This document shows, in pieces, positions 58,670-64,000 of a stretch of DNA of 64,000 nt. The notes under the pieces are model-generated. The model was not told the DNA's origin. It made no database searches and saw only the letters and a program-made list of their open reading frames with translations. This DNA comes from Macrostomum hystrix (lineage: Eukaryota > Animalia > Platyhelminthes), in NCBI GenBank assembly GCA_950097015.1, contig CATNEN010000007.1, forward strand, positions 434,001 to 498,000, read 5' to 3'. The first letter of the stretch is position 1. Each line of letters starts with the position of its first letter. The position numbers and the translations under genes were made by a program.

Positions 58670-59857
58670 AGGAGAGAGAGAACAGGTAAGAGAGAACATG
58701 TGAGAGAGAACTGGTTAGAGAAGAGAGAACGGGTGAGAGAGAGAACAGGTGAGAGAGAACTGGTTAGAGAGAACGGGTGAGAGAGAACAGGTGAGAGAGC
58801 TGGTTAGAGAGAACAGGTGAGAGAGAACAGGTGAGAGAGCTGGTTAGAGAGAACAGGTGAGAGAGAACAGGTGAGAGAGAACAGGTGAGAGAGAGAACAG
58901 GTGAGAGAGAGAACTGGTTAGAGAGAACGGGTGAGAGAGAACAGGTGAGAGAGAGAACAGGTGAGAGAGAGAACTGGTTAGAGAGAACGGGTGAGAGAGA
59001 ACAGGTGAGAGAGAACAGGTGAGAGAGAACAGGTGAGAGAGAACAGGTGAGAGAGAACTGGTTAGAGAGAACAGGTGAGAGAGAACAGGTGAGAGAGCTG
59101 GTTAGAGAGAACAGGTGAGAGAGAACAGGTGAGAGAGAACAGGTGAGAGAGAGAACAGGTGAGAGAGAGAACTGGTTAGAGAGAACGGGTGAGAGAGAAC
59201 AGGTGAGAGAGAGAACAGGTGAGAGAGAGAACTGGTTAGAGAGAACGGGTGAGAGAGAACAGGTGAGAGAGAACAGGTGAGAGAGAACAGGTGAGAGAGA
59301 ACAGGTGAGAGAGAACTGGTTAGAGAGAACGGGTGAGAGAGAACACGTGAGAGAGAACAGGTGAGAGAGAACAGGTGAGAGAGAGCAGCTGAGAGAAATA
59401 GTTAGAGAGAACAGGTGAGAGAGAACAGGTGAGAGAGAACGGGTGAGAGAACTAGTTAGAGAGAACAGGTGAGAGAGAACAGGTGAGAGAGCTGGTTAGA
59501 GAGAACAGGTGAGAGAGAACGGGTGAGAGAGAACAGGTGAGAGAGAACTAGTTAGAGAGAACAGGTGAGAGAGAACAGGTGAGAGAGCTGGTTAGAGAGA
59601 ACAGGTGAGAGAGAACTAGTTAGAGAGAACAGGTGAGAGAGAACTAGTTAGAGAGAACAGGTGAGAGAGAACAGGTGAGAGAGAGCAGCTGAGAGAAATA
59701 GTTAGAGAGAACAGGTGAGAGAGAGCAGCTGAGAGAACTAGTTAGAGAGAACAGGTGAGAGAGAACAGGTGAGAGAGAACAGGTGAGAGAGAACTAGTTA
59801 GAGAGAACAGGTGAGAGAGAACAGGTGAGAGAGAACTAGTTAGAGAGAACAGGTGAG
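58670..59857. repeat. GA-rich 14/16-bp minisatellite (GAGAGAACAGGTGA)n
   Basis: Long tandem array with CTGGTTA/CTAGTTA variant units. Confidence 0.95.
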
Positions 59858-60291
59858 GAAGTCAGAATAGATGAAACGAGTGTTAATAGGCACATTAAAA
59901 TGAACGGTGAGTATTCAATTTAATAGAAGATGTGCTAAATGGAAGGCATAGAACAGTAATGATATGGAGTTAAAGATTAGTCTGTGTGAGTCAGAGCCAA
60001 TGTCACCCCACCTTTGCCTCACAATCAGCCGTGCACTGCGGTGGCATCCCCAGAAGTCCCCACAAATGCTTCAGCTCTCCCGACTGCAGTGCGCAGCAGT
60101 TCAGTGTGGCTTTTATGACTTGCGAGTTTTTTTCTGTCAATCTGCGGGTTGACTCTGTCCCGCTGATTGCTTCCGGAATTTCTGGCCACTCTTTGGCTGA
60201 GTGGGCTAGCTTTGTTGAGCAGCAAAATACTGCGTCCTAGGGGGCCAGCGGTGCTTTGGGGAAAATAGAGAGATTGAGGAGAGATTGAAAA

Positions 60292-60760
60292 CTGGGATCT
60301 GGGAGACTAGGGTAGGATCTGGGAGATTAGGGTGGGATCTGGGAGACTAGGGTAGGATCTGGGAGACTAAGGGTAGGATCTGGGAGACTAGGGTGGGATC
60401 TGGGAGACTAGGGTAGGATCTGGGAGATTAGGGTGGGATCTGGGATATTAAGATGGGATCTTGGAGATTAGGGTAGGAGCTTGGAGATTAAGGTAGGATC
60501 TGGGAGATTAGGGTGGGATCTGGGATATTAGGGTGGGATCTTGGAGATTAGGGTAGGAGCTTGGAGATTAGGGTAGGATCTGGGAGATTAGGGTGGGATC
60601 TGGGATATTAAGATGGGATCTTGGAGATTAGGGTAGGAGCTTGGAGATTAGGGTAGGATCTGGGAGATTAGGGTGGGATCTGGGATATTAGGGTGGGATC
60701 TTGGAGATTAGGGTAGGAGCTTGGAGATTAGGGTAGGATCTGGGAGATTAGGCAGTGGGA
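60292..60760. repeat. 20-bp minisatellite (GGGTAGGATCTGGGAGATTA)n
   Basis: Direct tandem repeat with a higher-order pattern of variants. Confidence 0.94.
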
Positions 60761-61229
60761 TCTATGATATCAGGCGTTGGGCCAAGAGAGACTGGAGTAG
60801 CAGTCTGGATAGGAGATCGGTGATTGGTTTTCCCGAGAAGCTGAGACGCAAGTTGACTCCATGATGATACGGAAATGAAGGCAGTGTGATTTGAGATGCC
60901 ATCCCGGCCAGAGAAACCCAGGTGAGAGAGATCTAATCCTGATTCGATTTAATCAGATGTGAGTGTAACTAGGGGATGGGAATCTTGACCGATCGACAAG
61001 CGGAGCGGCTCTCAACTGGAAGTGGCTGAAGGAATCGGCTCAAGCGGTTCTTGATTAGGGGCCGAGAGGCAGAGACGGAAGGGAAGAGATTCGACTATTA
61101 GGGCAGGATTTAGGGAGTCCGTGGCCGGTGCCGCCGCTGATTGGGCCGCAGGCAGTTCGGTCTGACTGATCAAGGCTTTTTAAGTCTCTCAACAGACACA
61201 CACATTCCAGGCTGTTCAGTGCAGTACTG

Positions 61230-63533
61230 ATGCTGCAGAAAATGCTGCTGCTGTTGCTGCTGCTCCATACATTGACTCCCGTCAGATCAGACAATCAGCT
61301 GAGGTGAGTGTGACCGACATACCTAAAAGGTAGAAAAAACTTTAATTGCTTTTTTGGTTTTCTTTTCTTGGAAGCAAGAGGTGAGTGGTGGACCGACTCA
61401 GGCACAAGCTGAGTGCCCCAAACTCCCACTGCCACATCCTCATCCCAGAATCGGATACAGCAATGAGACAATGGGATTACCCCAAACTCCCACTGCCACA
61501 TCCTCATCCCAGAATCGGATACAACAATGAGACGATGCGCGAATTTGTTGCCAAGATATTTGAGGACTACGACAAGTCCATTCCTCCGTCTATGTACACA
61601 GGTGAGAGAGCATTCGCATAGGCTTCTGTTTGTACTATTTGGTCAAGTATTTATTTCTATTTCAAGGGCAGCTGTACTTATGCGTTTACCGCTTCGCTGC
61701 TTTGATATGTGCCAGCATCAAATATGAGAATTCTTACTTAAAGGCAGAGGGAGTGACAGATGGTAGGAGAGTGAGGCCGAGGGAGTGACAGATGGTAGGA
61801 GAGTGAGGCAGAGGGAGTGACAGATGGTAGGAGAGTGAGGCAGAGGGAGTGACAGATGGTAGGAGAGTGAGGCAGAGGGAGTGACAGATGGTAGGAGAGT
61901 GAGGCAGAGGGAGTGACAGATGGTAGGAGAGTGAGGCCGAGGGAGTGACAGATGGTAGGAGAGTGAGGCAGAGGGAGGTGACAGATGGTAGGAGAGTGAG
62001 GCAGAGGGAGTGACAGATGGTAGGAGAGTGAGGCAGAGGGAGTGACAGATGGTAGGCGAGTGAGGCAGAGGGAGTGACAGATGGTAGGAGAGTGAGGCAG
62101 AGGGAGTGACAGATGGTAGGAGAGTGAGGCAGAGGGAGTGACAGATGGTAGGAGAGTGAGGCAGAGGGAGTGACAGATGGTAGGAGAGTGAGGCAGAGGG
62201 AGTGACAGATGGTAGGAGAGTGAGGCAGAGGGAGTGACAGATATGGTGTAGAGTGAATCAGAGGGAGTTAAAGATATGGTGGAGAGTGAGCTAGTGGGAG
62301 TGACTGATGGTTGGAGAGTGAGGCAGTAGGAGTGACAGATATGGTGGAGAGTGAGGCAGTGGGAGTGACAGATATGGTGGAGAGTGAGGCAGTGTCAGTG
62401 ACAGATATGGTGGAGAGTGAGGCAGAGCGAGTGACAGATATGGTGTAGAGTGAATCAGAGGGAGTTAAAGATATGGTGGAGAGTGAGCTAGTGGGAGTGA
62501 CTGATGGTTGGAGAGTGAGGCAGTAGGAGTGACAGATATGGTGGAGAGTGAGGCAGTGGGAGTGACAGATATGGTGGAGAGTGAGGCAGTGTCAGTGACA
62601 GATATGGTGGAGAGTGAGGCAGAGCGAGTGACAGATATGGTGGAGAGTGAGGTAGTGGGAGTGGCAGAGGGTTAGTAGATTGAGGCTGAGTGAGAGAAAT
62701 CAATGGCAGGCATTCATTGATGATGAAGTGATGAGCAGGGACATGCTGTCACAATGTTAAGGCATCCGACCTTCTGCTGATTCGCTCACTGACGCAAACT
62801 TGGGACCGCATTTGATCTAGGCATCACAATTAAGGTTCAAGTCAGCACAATGATTCACTCTATTAGCGGAGTGAACGAGCGTTCGATGGTGAGTTGCGGG
62901 TCCGCGCATTTACGGTTGCTACGGGACCAGACCATGGAAACAATGCTCGTATTCGGCTATTTACTGAAGACACCTTTGAATTAGCACTTAACCCACGCTC
63001 AGCACAAAGGCGCCACTTAAAGTCCCATTAGTCCACCGACCTGCTGAACTCCTTTGACTGAGCGCTCAAGCTGAGAACACCTTTCTCAAATCATTATTCT
63101 CTTCTTGCATAGCTTTGTTTTTCGCGGCCTCTCTATCCGCTTATTACGCAGTGCCTGTACGTCAGGTGGATCGATGTTGTGCTTGACGCATATTATTTAT
63201 AGGAAATTGTCACTTCGTATAAAAACAAAACTGCTTTAGGGATCAGGGGTGTGAAGTTTGTTCTCATGAGACCAAATGTTGTTTTGCTTGGTGAATCCAT
63301 GAACAACAAGCTGCAACACAATTTCCAATGTTTTTAATCTCCCGTTTGTTATTATCCGGCGCGCGCTATTCAATCAACTGTTGTGTAAAACCATCAGCAA
63401 GTTGCTGAGCTGGACAATTGTGGGACACAATGAGAAATACGAAATCTGCACGCACGCCTCCCCAGGTCACACCACTGGGGTCATGGTGTCGATTATGGTT
63501 CACGCCATGAGCTCAATCAACGTCATTAACATG
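61230..63533 (+). CDS. Cys-loop ligand-gated ion channel subunit, 5' portion (probably anion-channel GluCl/GlyR/GABA type); continues beyond window end
   Basis: Exon 1, 61230-61303: MLQKMLLLLLLLHTLTPVRSDNQL (signal peptide). Exon 2, 61513-61601: IGYNNETMREFVAKIFEDYDKSIPPSMYT (N-terminal helix and YD..I.P motif). Exon 3a, 62821-62888: GITIKVQVSTMIHSISGVNERSM. Exon 3b, 63466-63533: GHTTGVMVSIMVHAMSSINVINM. Phases are compatible. The Cys-loop itself is outside the window. Confidence 0.78.
61742..62665. repeat. 32/33-bp GA-rich minisatellite in the ion-channel intron 2
   Basis: (GAGGGAGTGACAGATGGTAGGAGAGTGAGGCA)n, switching to a 33-bp variant after about 62240. Confidence 0.95.
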
Positions 63534-63902
63534 GTGAGTAAGTGCTCCACAAACTCAGCACTGATGTGAATGGACGAGCAAGTCTGTGAAGGATTGAACC
63601 TATTGAAAAATTACTAATTCACTGAGTGTGTTGGAAAATTCCTACTCCAAAACTTACAATCCGTTTCGAGGATCTAGACTGATTGGTAGAGCTTGAGTTT
63701 GTCTTGAGTTAAAATTGTAGCTCGAATATGTCGTTAGCTGCAACAAAATGAAACCAGAAAATATGATTCTTCTCGCGAGTGTCTATGCATCTGTCGTGAC
63801 GCATATCAGTGTTATTTTACTGCATGTCTTTCTTATCATTAGTTGTTGTGCTTCAGTTTTTAGCGTTTGTTTGTTTTGATTTGTGAACTTTGATTCAGGG
63901 CT

Positions 63903-64000
63903 GAGGGGCAGTGCGGTTATTGCGGTGGCCTGTCCCACCAAGGTCCCTGACTCGATTCCGCAATGAGGCCACATTTATTTCGAGAGCAGCCACGTAGAGA
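63903..64000 (+). mobile_element. SINE family A copy (runs off window end)
   Basis: GGGGCAGTGCGGTT...CCAAGGTCCCTGACTCGATTCC...GGCCACATTTATT. Confidence 0.78.

Overview
Eukaryotic (invertebrate metazoan) genomic DNA, intron-rich and heavily repetitive. Poly-Q/poly-A coding style, the gene set and the minisatellite load are compatible with a free-living flatworm such as Macrostomum; this is inference only. By manual splicing I could reconstruct eight protein-coding loci. (1) A 3'-truncated minus-strand gene encoding signal peptide, EGF, cadherin and unknown exon-sized repeats (2684 to <1). (2) An intronless orphan ORF (9651-10234). (3) Epsin (minus, 19020-13499). (4) An intronless GT32-like glycosyltransferase (23854-25047). 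(5) Mitochondrial aspartyl-tRNA synthetase (29158-33211). (6) A neuron navigator/unc-53 AAA protein (40455-46303). (7) A stargazin/TARP gene ending in TTPV (minus, 57272-48219). (8) The 5' part of a Cys-loop ligand-gated ion channel (61230 onward), which carries two tandem 68-nt copies of exon 3 with the signature of mutually exclusive splicing. Mobile DNA includes an intact, very compact 4.3-kb LTR retrotransposon (identical 187-bp LTRs, CTAAG TSD, -1 frameshift signal with pseudoknot, in-frame minisatellite inside pol, no canonical PBS). There is also a deleted Tc1/IS630 element nested in a TTAA-flanked MITE, a further MITE, eight copies of one tRNA-derived SINE, a CORE-type SINE and about 14 minisatellite arrays. 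No CRISPR array, rRNA or bona fide tRNA gene was found. All exon structures are read by eye and need RNA confirmation.
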